DNA of 64,000 bases from Flectonema sp. DT1601 (taxonomy: Eukaryota). Below, one piece after another: positions 15,119 to 27,170 of this stretch (its first letter is position 1; each line of letters opens with the position of its first letter). The notes under the pieces are model-generated. The model saw only the letters and a list, made by a program, of their open reading frames with translations, had not been told where the DNA came from and did no database searches. The stretch is from positions 1,116,001 to 1,180,000 of the forward strand of contig OZ025800.1 in the NCBI GenBank assembly GCA_964019425.1, read 5' to 3'. Position numbers and translations under genes: made by a program.

Positions 15119-16848
15119 ATGAGTGACGAGTACAAGGCAAAGGGGAACACAGCGTTCCAGGGAAAGAACTTCGATGAGGCTATCACATGGTTTACGAAGG
15201 GTATTGAAGTAGACTGCAACAATCACGTGTTGTACAGTAACAGATCTGCTTCATACGGAAGTCTAACTAAGTGGAGTGAGGCATTTGAGGATGCTAAGAA
15301 GTGTTGTGAATTAGCTCCATCATGGGCAAAGGGTTACACAAGATTGGGAAGTGCTCTTCATGGTTTGGGAAGATTCGATGAAGCGATTGCGGCATACGAC
15401 AGAGGTCTTGGTGTAGACCCAAACATGGATGCATTGAAGTCGGGTAAGGCAGCAGCTCAACAAGCAAAGGCTGTTCCAAGACACCCTCTTGCTCAGGTGT
15501 TCACTCCACAACTTCTTCAGATGATGGTCACTTCTAACGATCCAAAGATCAAAGAACTTCGTGAAGATAGAGACTTTATGGGACTTGTCAGTAAAATGAT
15601 TCAGGACCCATCTATTGTTGGTCTTCATATTCAAGATCCACGTGTGATGACTTTGTTATCCTTAGTAGTCAGATCATCTGATGATAAGGATGATGAACCA
15701 GCACCACCACCACCACCAAAGAAGAAGGAACCAGAACCAGTCAAGGCACTCTCTGAGGACGAAAAAGAAAAAATAGAAATCCACAAGAAGGCAGAGGAGC
15801 TAAAGACTCAAGGAACTGCTCACTACAAGAAGAAGGAATTTGACAAGGCGATTGAATTCTACACAAAGGCGAGTGAAACAGAGAGTAGCAACATTGTTTA
15901 CTTAAATAATATCGCAGCAGTTCACCTTGAAAAGGGTGACTACGAAGCTTGTCTGAAGCAGTGTGATGAAGCAATTACAAAAGGAAGAGAGATCAACGCT
16001 GACTTCAAAGACATTGCTAAGGCGATGACCAGAAAGGGAACAACTTACCTCAAGCAAAAGATGTGGACCGAAGCTGAAAAGGAATTTAAGACTTCTCTTC
16101 TTGAGCACAGATGTGCTGACACTCTTGACAAATTAAACAAGTGTCAAGAAACCGCAAGAAAAGCAAAGGAAGAGGCCTACTTTTCTGAGGAACTTTGTGA
16201 AAAGGCTCGTCTTGAAGGAAACGAGTTTTTCAAAACCCAAAAATACAAAGAAGCCATCGACTGCTACTCAGATGCTGTCAAGAGAAACCCAAAAGCTCAC
16301 GCAGTCTACTCCAACAGAGCCGCTGCTTACATCAAGATGGGTGCCTACGATGATGCCGAACGTGACTGCAACAAGTGTCTTAAGATTGAGCCAACCTTCA
16401 CCAAGGCTGTTACTAGACTCGCGACTATCTTCTACTTCAGAAAGGAATACCACAAAGCAATGGTTGAATACAAGAAGGGTATGGATATGGATCCTGAGAA
16501 TGTTGAGTGCAAGCAGGGATTTGACCGCACTATGATGAAGATTCAGGTTTGTGAAATATTTTAATAAGAATTTCTAACTTCAACTGACTTACTTGAATCT
16601 GCTTAAAATAAATAAAACAAACAAACAAACAGGAAACCAGCGGAGTTGGTGGCGACAACGACGACCAGCGCACTCAGCGTGCGATGGCTGATCCAGAAAT
16701 CCGCGCAATCTTTAACGATACTTACATGCAGCAGGTACTCAGAGAGCTTCAGGAGAACCCAAAGAACTTAAATCATTACCTGAAGTCACCTGACGTCATG
16801 GCGAAGATTAACAAACTTATCGCTGCGGGTATCATTAAGACTGCATAG
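15119..16848 (+). CDS. STI1: Hsp70/Hsp90 organising protein (TPR1-DP1-TPR2A-TPR2B-DP2)
   Basis: Starts MSDEYKAKGNTAF and has TPR motifs (LYSNRSA, VYLNNIAA, VYSNRAAAY). Intron 16547-16632 joins a final exon encoding DP2 (AMADPEIRAIFNDTYMQQVL...KINKLIAAGII). Confidence 0.95.
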
Positions 16849-17510
16849 AGATGCTTCTCCTCGCTTTTTTTTATTTTCTTCTATCCCTAACAAATTCATT
16901 GTGTTGCTTGCCTTCTTATTTAAGTTTTCCTTTTAATATGTACTCGGAAACCTGTTTGTGAGAGTTGAAAGGGAATTCATTCTGGCAGTACACGTAAATC
17001 CTTTTGTGGAGTTTCATTCTCATCATCGCAAAAAAAAAAAAAAAAAAGAGGGGAAAAAAACGAACGTAAAGAGAATATTACTAAAAAAAAAAAAAAAAGA
17101 AAAAAAAAAAGTAGTTTTAAGTGAACAAGAATAGTTTCAAAAAGACCGGTTAACATACCCGTGGTCTTTATAGTTTCATTTAGTTATCGACGGTTGCTCA
17201 CTCTACGCTGCAACATCTTAATCAGAAGCTGAATTTTAAAAAAAAAAAAGAAGAAAAGAAAAAAAAAAAAAAAAAAAAAAAAAACAGGACAATAACTGTC
17301 ACTCTTGTTAAGCACAACGAGTGACTTGAAATTCATATGGCGTTTAATTTATTCAAAAAAAAAAAAAAAAAAAAATTGCTTCGAATTGAAGTTGATGATA
17401 AGACCACTTTAACTAATTACTTTCTTCAAAAAACACAAAAATAAAAATGAGATCGAAAGGATCGTTTGATGAATACAAATAAGCAACCGATATTAGTAAT
17501 TTATATTAAT

Positions 17511-17524
17511 ATTTCCCCTTTCAG
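17511..17524 (+). promoter_or_regulatory. Putative spliced-leader trans-splice acceptor (representative example)
   Basis: ATTTCCCCTTTCAG upstream of the coronin ATG. Similar pyrimidine-AG sites end at 25245, 27149, 38803, 43562, 45353, 48365, 53637, 54957 and 55925, none with an obvious nearby donor. Confidence 0.6.
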
Positions 17525-17576
17525 CCACTTATCCGAGTAAAACATATAAAGGAAGAAGTACAAAAAATATTTCATA

Positions 17577-19078
17577 ATGTCCCGATTAATGAAAGTTTCT
17601 AAGTACAGGCACACTACTGCCACTGAATCTAAGAAGGATTTAACCTTCATGGATTTGAAGGTATGTTATTGTTGTTGTTGTCTGTTTATTCTATCTGAAC
17701 AGTTATGTTAAACAACCAACACTAACAGATAGCGAACATCGTGTGGGACTGCTCTGACCACATCCACGCCAACGCAAAGTACTTTGCGTACTGCTGGGCA
17801 GCAACTGGAGCTGGAAAGTTGTGTATTAGTCAACACAGCAAGCCTGGAAAGTCTGCTCCAAACCCACCTGCAATTGTTGGTATGTATTTTTATAAATAAG
17901 ATGACCACGTAAAAAAACAAACACATTATTAATATCCCAACACAGGTCACGCTGGTCAGATCATCGACTGGAAATTCCACCCTTACAACCAGCAGTTGAT
18001 TACAACTGCATCAGAGGACTGTACTATTAAGGTTTGGCAGTTACCTGAAGAAGGTCTTACAGAAGACATGAAGGACCCAATGATCACTCACGAAGGTCAC
18101 AGTAAGAAAGTTGGTATCCTTCAGTGGCATCCATCTGCTGAGCACGTGTTAGCATCTGCTTCAGTTGACCACACTGTTAGACTCTGGGATATTGAGAAGG
18201 GTGAGAGAGCTAGTATTAGTGGACACACTGATCAAATCACTAGTGTTAACTGGAATCTTGACGGATCTCTTCTCCAAACTACTTCAAAGGATAAGAAGCT
18301 CAGAATCTTCGACCCAAGAACTGGAGAATGCATCAACGCTGTTCAGGCTCACGAAGGTACCAAATCCTGCCGTTCCATTTGGGCAAAGAGAAGAAATCAG
18401 ATTGTCACTACTGGATTTAGTAAGAAACTTGACAGACAGTTGTACATTTGGGATCCAAGAAACATGGAGAAGGCTATTCATTGTGAAGACATTGATCAGG
18501 CTTCAGGTGTATTGATGCCATTCTATGATGAAGACACCAGTATGTTGTACATTGGTGGAAAGGGAGATGGTAATATTAGATACTACGAACTTTGGGATGA
18601 GACTACTCCAATCACTGAATTGGAATGCTACGCTTCAATCAGTCCTTCAAAGGGTCTCTGTATGCTTCCAAAGACTGCCCTCGACGTTAAGGGATGCGAG
18701 CTTGCCCGATTCCTCAAGCTTCAGAACAAGGAGTGCGTACCAATCAGCTTTAAGCTTCCAAGAAAGACTGCGGCAACTGAATTCCAGTCAGATGTCTATC
18801 CTCCAACCTTCGGTGGTTCTCCAGCAATCAGCGCGTCAGAGTTCTTTAAGGGCGAGAACGCAGAGCCAAAGACTGTTAACATGGAACAGTACTGGTCAGG
18901 AAGTGGTCCATCAGCAAACACCTCAGGCAGCACCTTCAACGCCAGCACAGTCAAGTTGGTCACCGCTGCTGACATCTCTTCTGCTGAAACTAAGGTCACT
19001 GATGCCGAAAAAGCCTTGGAGGCAGCAAAGAAAGCTCTTGACGATCTTAACAAGCTTAAGAAGGAGCAGGAGGCATAA
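17577..19078 (+). CDS. Coronin (WD40 actin-binding protein with C-terminal coiled coil)
   Basis: N-terminus MSRLMKVSKYRH; introns 17661-17728 and 17880-17945 give a continuous frame; coronin motifs GVLMPFYDEDT, GKGDGNIRYYE, LPRK...FQSDVYP. Confidence 0.95.
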
Positions 19079-19612
19079 AACTGCTGCATGCGATCTTTGC
19101 TCCTTTTTTGTTCTGTATTTCTCTTTCGCTTCGTATTCTTGTAGACTGCTACGCCAGTAAGGTTTTAGGGGCTCCTCCGATGTACTTTCTGTGTAGTTAG
19201 GTCTTTTTCGAAGCGACTGAGCTGAACAGAAGGTAGACAGACAGCGATGAAATTGGTCATGAACGATGAAAAGAAAAAAAAAAGAGAAAGCAGAAAAAAA
19301 AAAGAAAAAAAAGTGAGGAAAAAAAAATCTGTTGATGTGTGTGCCAAATGCAGTATCGTCCCTCCCTCGTGTGTCCTGCCTGCATTTAATTTTTCGCAGT
19401 TAAGTTGTGTCGGGTGATTTGATGACATCACTAAGCTTCTTCTCTGCACAGTTTCTTCCTCCCAAGACCCCTCCCATTTGTGTTTTATCCGGGCGTTCAT
19501 AGCTTGAGTCTTTTTTACTTTATATTTTGTTGTTTCTTTCAGCCTTACATTGCACGTTTTTATTATTGCTCTGTAAAGGATATGAATAGATTCATACAAA
19601 AAAATGAGGGAG

Positions 19613-19645
<33 letters not shown>

Positions 19646-20424
19646 GACACCGTTTCCCCTTTCTCATTTCTTTTCACTCTCCGTTTTTCCCCGTTTTGAA
19701 TAAAAAGAAACAAAAAGTGGATACAAAAAAAAAAAAAATAAATAAAGCAAAATGGGGACCCACATGAGATTTATCATTGAGGAGGAAGGAACGAATCAAA
19801 ATAATCTACTCATTCAGTCGAATCACACTTCCGTAAAAAACCTGCTAGGCGCTTCTGGTTAGCTTCTTTTTTTTAGTCTGGGTCAAGCTACGCATTATGA
19901 GGAAGGGCAATATCTAGTAGGAAATAACAATACATCCGATAACACGTTTCCTTTTTTTTTTTCTTTTTTTTTTCTTCTTTTTTTTTTCCCATTTAGTTTT
20001 TCTTATTGGTTTCTTAGCCTTTAAAAATTAAAAAAAAAAAAAAAAACAAAAAAAAAAAAAAAAGAAAGGGGAGACAACAACAAAAAAAAAAAATTAAAAA
20101 ATTATTTATTGGAAAACACACGCACACCAGTAAAACAACAGGTAGTTTGTCTCTCGCGCGCACTAAATATAAAAACCGAATTGTTATTTTTGCACATACT
20201 TCATAAATTCTTCTCACGAGGCATGGTCTCTTTGGTGGTTCGATAACTGTTTTAGTAGCTGGTTAAGAATTAATTACGATTTTTCCCCCCCTTCTTCTTT
20301 TTTTTAATCCTATGCAGACATCACAATGAGTACTCTTAAATGCGACAGGAGAGAGAGAATTTTCTCATACTTATTAATACTGTTTTTTTTTTTTTAATAT
20401 TAACTAATCAGTTACACATAACAA

Positions 20425-23400
20425 ATGGTTACTACTAAATCAAAAAAACCACTCGCCAACAAGTCAAAAAGATTTGCAAAACCAGAGCCTGGAAAGATAT
20501 ATCCAAGATTGGATCTCCATGGAGTTTACAGCAGGCAATGTAAAGCTTTAGGTATAAAGATGAACACCACGATAGCTAAAATGATACCAAAAGGTGAAGA
20601 TAGCTACAAGCAATTATCTGAGTTGGATGTCAGCAACAATTACTTAGGAGACGTTGGTGTGAGAGCCCTATTAGAAGTAATCAGATTGTCAAGTAATTTA
20701 CAGACCGTTGGACTCAATAACAGTGGAGTTAGCGATTCAACAATCATATTAATGTGTGCTGTGTTGGTTGATCATCCGACAATAGTTTCTGTTGATTTAA
20801 GTGATAATAAAATAACACAGGAGAGTGTGTCGCTGATAAAGAGTCTGTTGAGGAATAATAAAAAAATTTCATTTTTTAATACGGCTGGTAATAAAAATAT
20901 TTATGAATCAGGAAGGAGAGATGTTGAACTTTTAGCAGCAACGAACCTTGGACTTAAACAAGGAACGTCATTCGTTGAAGCAATTCAAAGACAGATACTG
21001 GCAAAGTTCTGCGAACCAAAACCCAACTTATTATGGAGAAAACAAGATTTAAAAATATGGATCGGAGAGCGACTCATAAAATCAATTCCAACTCCGAACA
21101 CTGATGGATGGGTTACCATTTCACTATTCATCAGTGCGACGTTTTCGGATTTTCACACCGAGCTTCACGTAATAAATAATATCATTGTCCCAGAGCTTAA
21201 TTCCATGCTTCGAAAATTTAAAATTCATCTACTTCCGATCGACCTACACCAGTCGAGGGCGTATAACTGTGACAGCATAGAAAACATTCAGAATGTTAAA
21301 TATTGTTTAGGGACTTTGAGACGATCAAGTGATATTTTTATTGGTCTTCACGGTCATAATCTTGGATGGGTACCAAGTTTAGATGAAATTCCATCATACG
21401 ATATTTACAAAGACGTTCGCAACACTGCTTTAGAATCACCTTCATCTATTACATATTTACAATTTAAAGAAGCGATGAAATGGAGTGCTACTGATGTTAA
21501 AATAGGATTTCAATACTTCAGACATGCGAATGTAATTTCAGATATTCCTGAAGCTCTTAAAGAGTTGTATTTAGAAAAAACCAGTAGGAGATTTATACTT
21601 GCGAGTGAGAAGAAAAAGATCAGAGAGGCAGTACCATCAGCTCTCACCTACGATGGTTATGGAGCTCATTTTAAGTCGGTTGATCGTCATGGTCAGATTC
21701 ATCTTTGTAGGTATTCTGATTTTGAAGAAACAGTTCAATCGGATATTTTCAACGCTCTTGAGTTGATGTATCCAGGAGTTCTCTGTCGATCAAAGTTATT
21801 ATCACCTCCCGAAATCAATTTAAACGCTTACAGCGATAATGTAGATCAGTATTTCTCATTTACAAATGGAAACTACATCAACGTTGATGAATTCCTATCT
21901 CAAGGTAGAGACGCATTACAACCAAACACATCAGATGTACATGATTCGAGGATTGTCATCTTTTACGGTCAGAGAGGATGTGGTCTGACATCGACTATTT
22001 GGGCTCTCGGTAAATTTGAAAATGAACCCACCGATTCTCCAAAAAAACAAAATGTTTATTATTTACAATATTTCGTATCTTTACATTCCTTGACGAATAG
22101 CTCAACTGACGTCAGATCAATTTTTAAGAATTTGTATCTTCAGTCTCTGACAGTGATGAAATCTGAAGGACACTCACTACCTGAATCTGACAGTACATTG
22201 ACGGCGATTCAAAAAGGGAAATTAGCATCAGTGAGGACGTACTTTTGGAATCATCTAAGCTCAGTTGCTAAGAAATTAAACAAAGGGCTTATTGTATTAC
22301 TAGATGACATCCATAAAGCAACTGGTGATGAAGACCCGATTCATTGTTTACTTGGAAAGAGGAGTGACCTTCCAGCAGCAGTTAGAATCGGTTTATCCGT
22401 ATCAACAGATCAAACAACTCTCATAGAAAGACTTCAGAATATCGATCCTAAATGTAAACTCGTAGCAATCCCGAAGTTGAATACTCGAAATAAAAAGAAA
22501 CTTTTCAATTCTTTTTTAATTCCGTATGCCATGGAACTCACAGACGAAGTTCTACCATTAGCGATAAATAAGAAATGTTCAGAGCTACCTCTGTACTTAA
22601 AACTGTTAGCGAATGAATGTCTCCATTGCTCGAGACATATTTCATTACCGAAGTTGTTAGCTACGTCTGTTGATTGTATGTCTGAAGTTATCAGTGAAAT
22701 GTTTTCGAGAAGAGAAGCAAAAGAATCTGTTGCAGGAGCAAAGCTATACTTATGTAGACTGATCTCAATATTATGTGTTTCAAGGATCGGTTTAACCGAT
22801 CAAGAAGCTCGTGAATTACTAATGAAAGAATACAAAGAAATCAATCGTGAGGAAGACTACCGCCGCGGCACTGGCTGCAACAATGACGGATATCAAAGCT
22901 GTGAAAATGCATCAGAAAAACATAACAAGGAAACTATTGAAATCAGAAGACGTCTTTGGGGTCGGTGGGCAAACTACAATCCTCGACTGCTTCCAGGAAG
23001 TATTTGGAGTCGTTTGATTTTTGAACTTCGTCCTTTTACTCAACGAAAGATTAATCAAACCAGAACATCAGCTCAATTAAGGAATCACAATACGAATACT
23101 TACGCATTGTCATGGTCATCACAAGCAGTAGCTCAAGTAGCTCAGAGTAGGTATTTATCTTCTTCAAAGAGAGTTGCAAGATTTCATGCTCAGCTAGCAA
23201 ACTTCTACAGAGGTAAAAGTTATCTTCCTAATAACGTTCTTTGGAGGACTGGTCTACGAGAAACAGTTTATCACATGTCAAAAGCATGGATGTGGGATAC
23301 CCTCATTGATATTTTACGACCTAGTCTACTCTACTATTGTACAAAAGAAAAGCTATTGTGTGAGCTACTACGAGATTTAGAGGCTGCAGAAGAAGAGATG

Positions 23401-24954
23401 GAGCGCTGTGTCGAAGCTCACAAACTAAACATTGCGATGCAAAATAAATTACTAGCAAAGCTTCCCCACATGAGAGAATATCGTTCTGTAATACGAAGCT
23501 ATGGCGATATTGGTTGGGAAAGACCATCACGAATATTAGCTTGTATGTTAATGGCATCACCGGAAACTCGCATCGCAAAGCAAATTCGAGAACTGTACCA
23601 CACTCAGGGAATATCATACATGGTACCACCAATACCGAGTCAAGGTAATGCTTCAGCGGTAACAACTTTTTACGACAATCGTTCAGGAGTTCCTTTTTCT
23701 GGTTTTGATCACATTGCTTTAATGGATGTTCAGATTTGTGTATTTGGTGACTGTGTCTTCACATGGATTACTCCTCCATCACAGAGTACTAAGGCTTTAC
23801 AAAAAGATGACAGAAAATATGCAAAACCCGCAACCATCTACATCTGGTCCTCAGAGACAACATCATTCATCAGAGAGTTAACATATAAAAGGTACAGTGA
23901 TTCTCATGTAGTCAGTTGTGCTATTTCAAAAGATGGATTGCAACTAGTCGCTGGTAGCAGTTGTTACAAGGCTTTTCTTTTTGACATTGAGAGTGGTGAT
24001 TTGTTATCTACGCTTTCACTTCCGCCGAGAGGGACGTCAAATTTAGTTGGATTTATGTTCTTACGAGAGGAGCCTCAGAGACCTGATGGACAACTTCCTC
24101 CAAAACAGATATGTTGTTGGGATGACGTTGGTAGGTTTCTTGTGTGGAACTCATCTGATGAAGGATGTCATCATATTAATTCTGATATAAGTATTGATTC
24201 TGATCCAATAACATCAGTTGCATCATCTCCAGCATCTGCTAAGGTAGTCATGACACATGAACGATCAACTACTAGTGTGTTGTACTGCTTAGCTATACCA
24301 TCAACTCCTATTAAAGTTTCATCATTGACTGCTAGAGAATCACCTAAAAGAGTCTATTTTGTTGAGGATACCAGCACTCATGTTCTTACCATAACAGATC
24401 GAAGAATTATATTGTGGTTTGCTGATACTGCTGAGCAATTAATTCAAATTGAGATGAACACTTCCCTTACAGACCTCGTTTCTATTAATTATCATCCACA
24501 CAGTCAGTCATTAGTGATTGTTGATTTGGGTAAACAGGTTTGCTGTTGGTCAGTCGTTCATGACACAGGTTGTGTTACAATAAAAGAACAATACTCAATA
24601 CCAGTTGAGAAAGAATGGATGCTTGACTATGGTGAATCTAGTTGGATTTCATCAAGTGAGTTTGTTGTTGGGACCAGTAGGAGTTCGGGTGATATAAAGA
24701 TGTGTTGTCTGTCCCCTGATGTTCGAGGACCTTCTCACACTCAAGCAATCATTCCATCAGAAGCCATCAACATGAGGACTGCTGCTGGTGTTGGAAGAAT
24801 AGCCTCCCTGATTACATTCTCAAGAATTGTTGCTCATCCTACGATTTCAAACAGATTCTATTTATCAGATTCGTCTTCAGGTGTCCCTTTCGTCATCGAC
24901 ATAAACAAACTAAACAATCAATGCGCTGCTCTCTCGTTAACAGTTTTAGACTAA
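20425..24954 (+). CDS. LRR + DUF4062-like + NACHT/STAND-like + WD40 protein (TEP1/NWD-like architecture)
   Basis: RNI-type LRRs (LDVSNNYLGDVGV, VDLSDNKIT); ISLFISATFSDFHTE...IDL resembles DUF4062; P-loop-like GQRGCGLT and Walker B-like LIVLLDDIH; PLYLKL; C-terminal beta-propeller repeats. Confidence 0.75.
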   Translation: MVTTKSKKPLANKSKRFAKPEPGKIYPRLDLHGVYSRQCKALGIKMNTTIAKMIPKGEDSYKQLSELDVSNNYLGDVGVRALLEVIRLSSNLQTVGLNNSGVSDSTIILMCAVLVDHPTIVSVDLSDNKITQESVSLIKSLLRNNKKISFFNTAGNKNIYESGRRDVELLAATNLGLKQGTSFVEAIQRQILAKFCEPKPNLLWRKQDLKIWIGERLIKSIPTPNTDGWVTISLFISATFSDFHTELHVINNIIVPELNSMLRKFKIHLLPIDLHQSRAYNCDSIENIQNVKYCLGTLRRSSDIFIGLHGHNLGWVPSLDEIPSYDIYKDVRNTALESPSSITYLQFKEAMKWSATDVKIGFQYFRHANVISDIPEALKELYLEKTSRRFILASEKKKIREAVPSALTYDGYGAHFKSVDRHGQIHLCRYSDFEETVQSDIFNALELMYPGVLCRSKLLSPPEINLNAYSDNVDQYFSFTNGNYINVDEFLSQGRDALQPNTSDVHDSRIVIFYGQRGCGLTSTIWALGKFENEPTDSPKKQNVYYLQYFVSLHSLTNSSTDVRSIFKNLYLQSLTVMKSEGHSLPESDSTLTAIQKGKLASVRTYFWNHLSSVAKKLNKGLIVLLDDIHKATGDEDPIHCLLGKRSDLPAAVRIGLSVSTDQTTLIERLQNIDPKCKLVAIPKLNTRNKKKLFNSFLIPYAMELTDEVLPLAINKKCSELPLYLKLLANECLHCSRHISLPKLLATSVDCMSEVISEMFSRREAKESVAGAKLYLCRLISILCVSRIGLTDQEARELLMKEYKEINREEDYRRGTGCNNDGYQSCENASEKHNKETIEIRRRLWGRWANYNPRLLPGSIWSRLIFELRPFTQRKINQTRTSAQLRNHNTNTYALSWSSQAVAQVAQSRYLSSSKRVARFHAQLANFYRGKSYLPNNVLWRTGLRETVYHMSKAWMWDTLIDILRPSLLYYCTKEKLLCELLRDLEAAEEEMERCVEAHKLNIAMQNKLLAKLPHMREYRSVIRSYGDIGWERPSRILACMLMASPETRIAKQIRELYHTQGISYMVPPIPSQGNASAVTTFYDNRSGVPFSGFDHIALMDVQICVFGDCVFTWITPPSQSTKALQKDDRKYAKPATIYIWSSETTSFIRELTYKRYSDSHVVSCAISKDGLQLVAGSSCYKAFLFDIESGDLLSTLSLPPRGTSNLVGFMFLREEPQRPDGQLPPKQICCWDDVGRFLVWNSSDEGCHHINSDISIDSDPITSVASSPASAKVVMTHERSTTSVLYCLAIPSTPIKVSSLTARESPKRVYFVEDTSTHVLTITDRRIILWFADTAEQLIQIEMNTSLTDLVSINYHPHSQSLVIVDLGKQVCCWSVVHDTGCVTIKEQYSIPVEKEWMLDYGESSWISSSEFVVGTSRSSGDIKMCCLSPDVRGPSHTQAIIPSEAINMRTAAGVGRIASLITFSRIVAHPTISNRFYLSDSSSGVPFVIDINKLNNQCAALSLTVLD

Positions 24955-25002
24955 CTTGGCAACAACAGCGAGGTTAACTATTGCATTTTTTCCCCTTCCC
25001 CT

Positions 25003-25039
<37 letters not shown>

Positions 25040-25264
25040 TATTTTTTATTTTGTTATGTTATTCTTATTTTTTTTTTCAAGAAATTGAAAAAAAAAAAAA
25101 AAATTATATTAATTTACCATATGGGGCAAACGATGTTTACCACCCTGAAAATATAGAATTTATGATTACTTTTAGTAAGTTTTGGTAGTGCTTCGATGTG
25201 AGGATGACGATGAGAAATGAATTCATACGTTTTTTGTTCCTTCAGAATAGCACAACACATCAAC

Positions 25265-26200
25265 ATGACGAATCCTTCTTTACCAAGCTTTAAGCTTAAT
25301 GATGGAACACAACATCCCGCTGTTGGATATGGGACTTATAAATTAGGAGTGATCCCATCGCTTGCAGCAAATGCTGCTACTCAAAAAGCAACTGTTAGTG
25401 CGGGTGATGCGGTTACGATGGCTATTGAGGAAGGGTACACGATGCTTGATTGCGCTCAGTTTTATGAAAATGAGGCAGACATTGGAAAGGCACTTAAAGA
25501 AATGGACACTGATAAATCTATTTATATCTGTTCAAAAATATGGACTGCGACAATAGCGAAAGGAGGTGATGCTTGCATCAAAGAAATGCAAAGAATGGTG
25601 AAAGACTTTGGTAGACCACTTGACTTGGTGTTAGTTCATTGGCCAGTTCCAAAATATCACATTGAAGCTTACAAAGCTCTTCAGGAATGTCAACAAGAGG
25701 GTTTAACCAAATCAATCGGTATTAGTAATTACACTGTTGAAGACTATCAAGAGTTAATGGCATCACCAGGGGTTACAGTTAACCCTGTAGTTAATCAAAT
25801 TGGTGTAAACCCAATGATGTTTAGAAAGAAAACTATTGATTTCTTTCAGTCACAAAATGTTTTTATCCACGCCTACCGTCCACTTGGACAAGGGAAGGTC
25901 CTGCATCTTGAAGCTGTTAAAACCCTTAGCGACAAACACTCACGAAGTGGGTCGCAAATAGTAGGTCGTTGGCTGTATCAAAATAATATTATCGCTATTC
26001 CAAAATCAGAAAATCGCTCTCGGATCGCAGAAAATATTAAATTGTTCGACTTTTCTCTCGATGATGAAGACATGGCATTGATGTCTTCTCTGACATCTGA
26101 TTCACTTTTGGAAGAAAATATAAAAACATATCGAATGTGTTGTACGAGAGACACGCCTGTTTCACCTGACCTTGTTAAGGCTGAAGTTACCATTGACTGA
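25265..26200 (+). CDS. Aldo/keto reductase
   Basis: PAVGYGTY, LDCAQFYENE, SK, LVHWP, KSIGISNY, IPKS; catalytic D/Y/K/H present. ATG 25265 follows a pyrimidine-AG at 25245. Confidence 0.93.
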   Translation: MTNPSLPSFKLNDGTQHPAVGYGTYKLGVIPSLAANAATQKATVSAGDAVTMAIEEGYTMLDCAQFYENEADIGKALKEMDTDKSIYICSKIWTATIAKGGDACIKEMQRMVKDFGRPLDLVLVHWPVPKYHIEAYKALQECQQEGLTKSIGISNYTVEDYQELMASPGVTVNPVVNQIGVNPMMFRKKTIDFFQSQNVFIHAYRPLGQGKVLHLEAVKTLSDKHSRSGSQIVGRWLYQNNIIAIPKSENRSRIAENIKLFDFSLDDEDMALMSSLTSDSLLEENIKTYRMCCTRDTPVSPDLVKAEVTID

Positions 26201-26389
26201 AGTGAGTGGGGAAATATGATAAAAATAACTCTCTGTCAAGTATTGTTGAATAAGTGCATCAATTCCCCCCTCTTTTTTTTTTTTTTCCCTTTCATTGAAA
26301 AAAAAACTATCAACAATACTCATTTCACGCTGAACATTAAAGCCTTACGTAATCACCGCCAACGTTTTTCTCTACAGCTTTCCTTTCCT

Positions 26390-26945
26390 TTTTTTCTTGC
26401 ATTTAACAAGTATTGTAAGAATGAAAAAAAGAAAAAAAAAGAAAAAGAATGTTGGCAGCATACGTAAACCTCCTTTAGCTTTATCAGTTTAAGTCGGTTC
26501 ACGGGTTTCGTGCACAAACAAAACATCGTTATATTACTATTTTCTGTATAGTTTAAGATAAAGCGAATTCTTTTTACTGAAGAATTGGGAGTAAAAGAAT
26601 ATTGTTGGCAACACATGTAATCTTATCTAGCTTTTCAACACAAAATAATGTAATTACGTTGTGGAAGCCAACTCTTCCTTTTTTTTTTTTGTCGGAAACA
26701 TCTATTTTTGTTGTTGTTTTTTGCGTTTAACAAGCATTGTAAGATGGAAAAGAATGTTGGTAGCACACGTAAACCTCCTTTGGGTTTCGTGCACAAACAA
26801 AACATCGTTATATTTAAAGCCAATTATTTTTACTGAATTATATGGAGATAACAAATATTGTTGGCAACACACGTAATCCTATCTAGCTTTCAACACAAAA
26901 CAATGTAATTACGTTGTGGAAGCCAACTCTTCCTTTTTTTTTTGT
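26390..26945. repeat. Imperfect intergenic tandem duplication (~250-300 bp x2) with four copies of TGTTGGYARCAYAYGTAA
   Basis: Shared blocks include GGGTTTCGTGCACAAACAAAACATCGTTATATT and ATGTAATTACGTTGTGGAAGCCAACTCTTCC; motif copies at ~26450, 26603, 26755 and 26859. Confidence 0.85.
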
Positions 26946-27170
26946 TTGACAAACCCGAGCGAAAAAAAGAAAAAGAAAAAAAGATTCATTTATTATGCAC
27001 TTGTTATGTGCATACAATTAGTTTTTGTACCGACGTGGTGGGAGAACTATTCAGATTGAAAGCCGTTATTTCTTGTGGTTCTGTCTGCGTTCAACGAAAT
27101 ACCTACGATGACAACCTAGTTATAATAGTCATAAATTATCCTTCCACAGTTGTCGAAATAATTTAAAAAC

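Noticed and set aside
19165..20217. Poly-Phe/poly-Lys ORFs in spacers (also 24956, 53163, 59867, 61899)
   Set aside because: Translations of poly-T/poly-A tracts with no coding signature.
26450..26880. CRISPR-like spaced 18-bp motifs
   Set aside because: Spacers are long, irregular and themselves duplicated; eukaryotic context.
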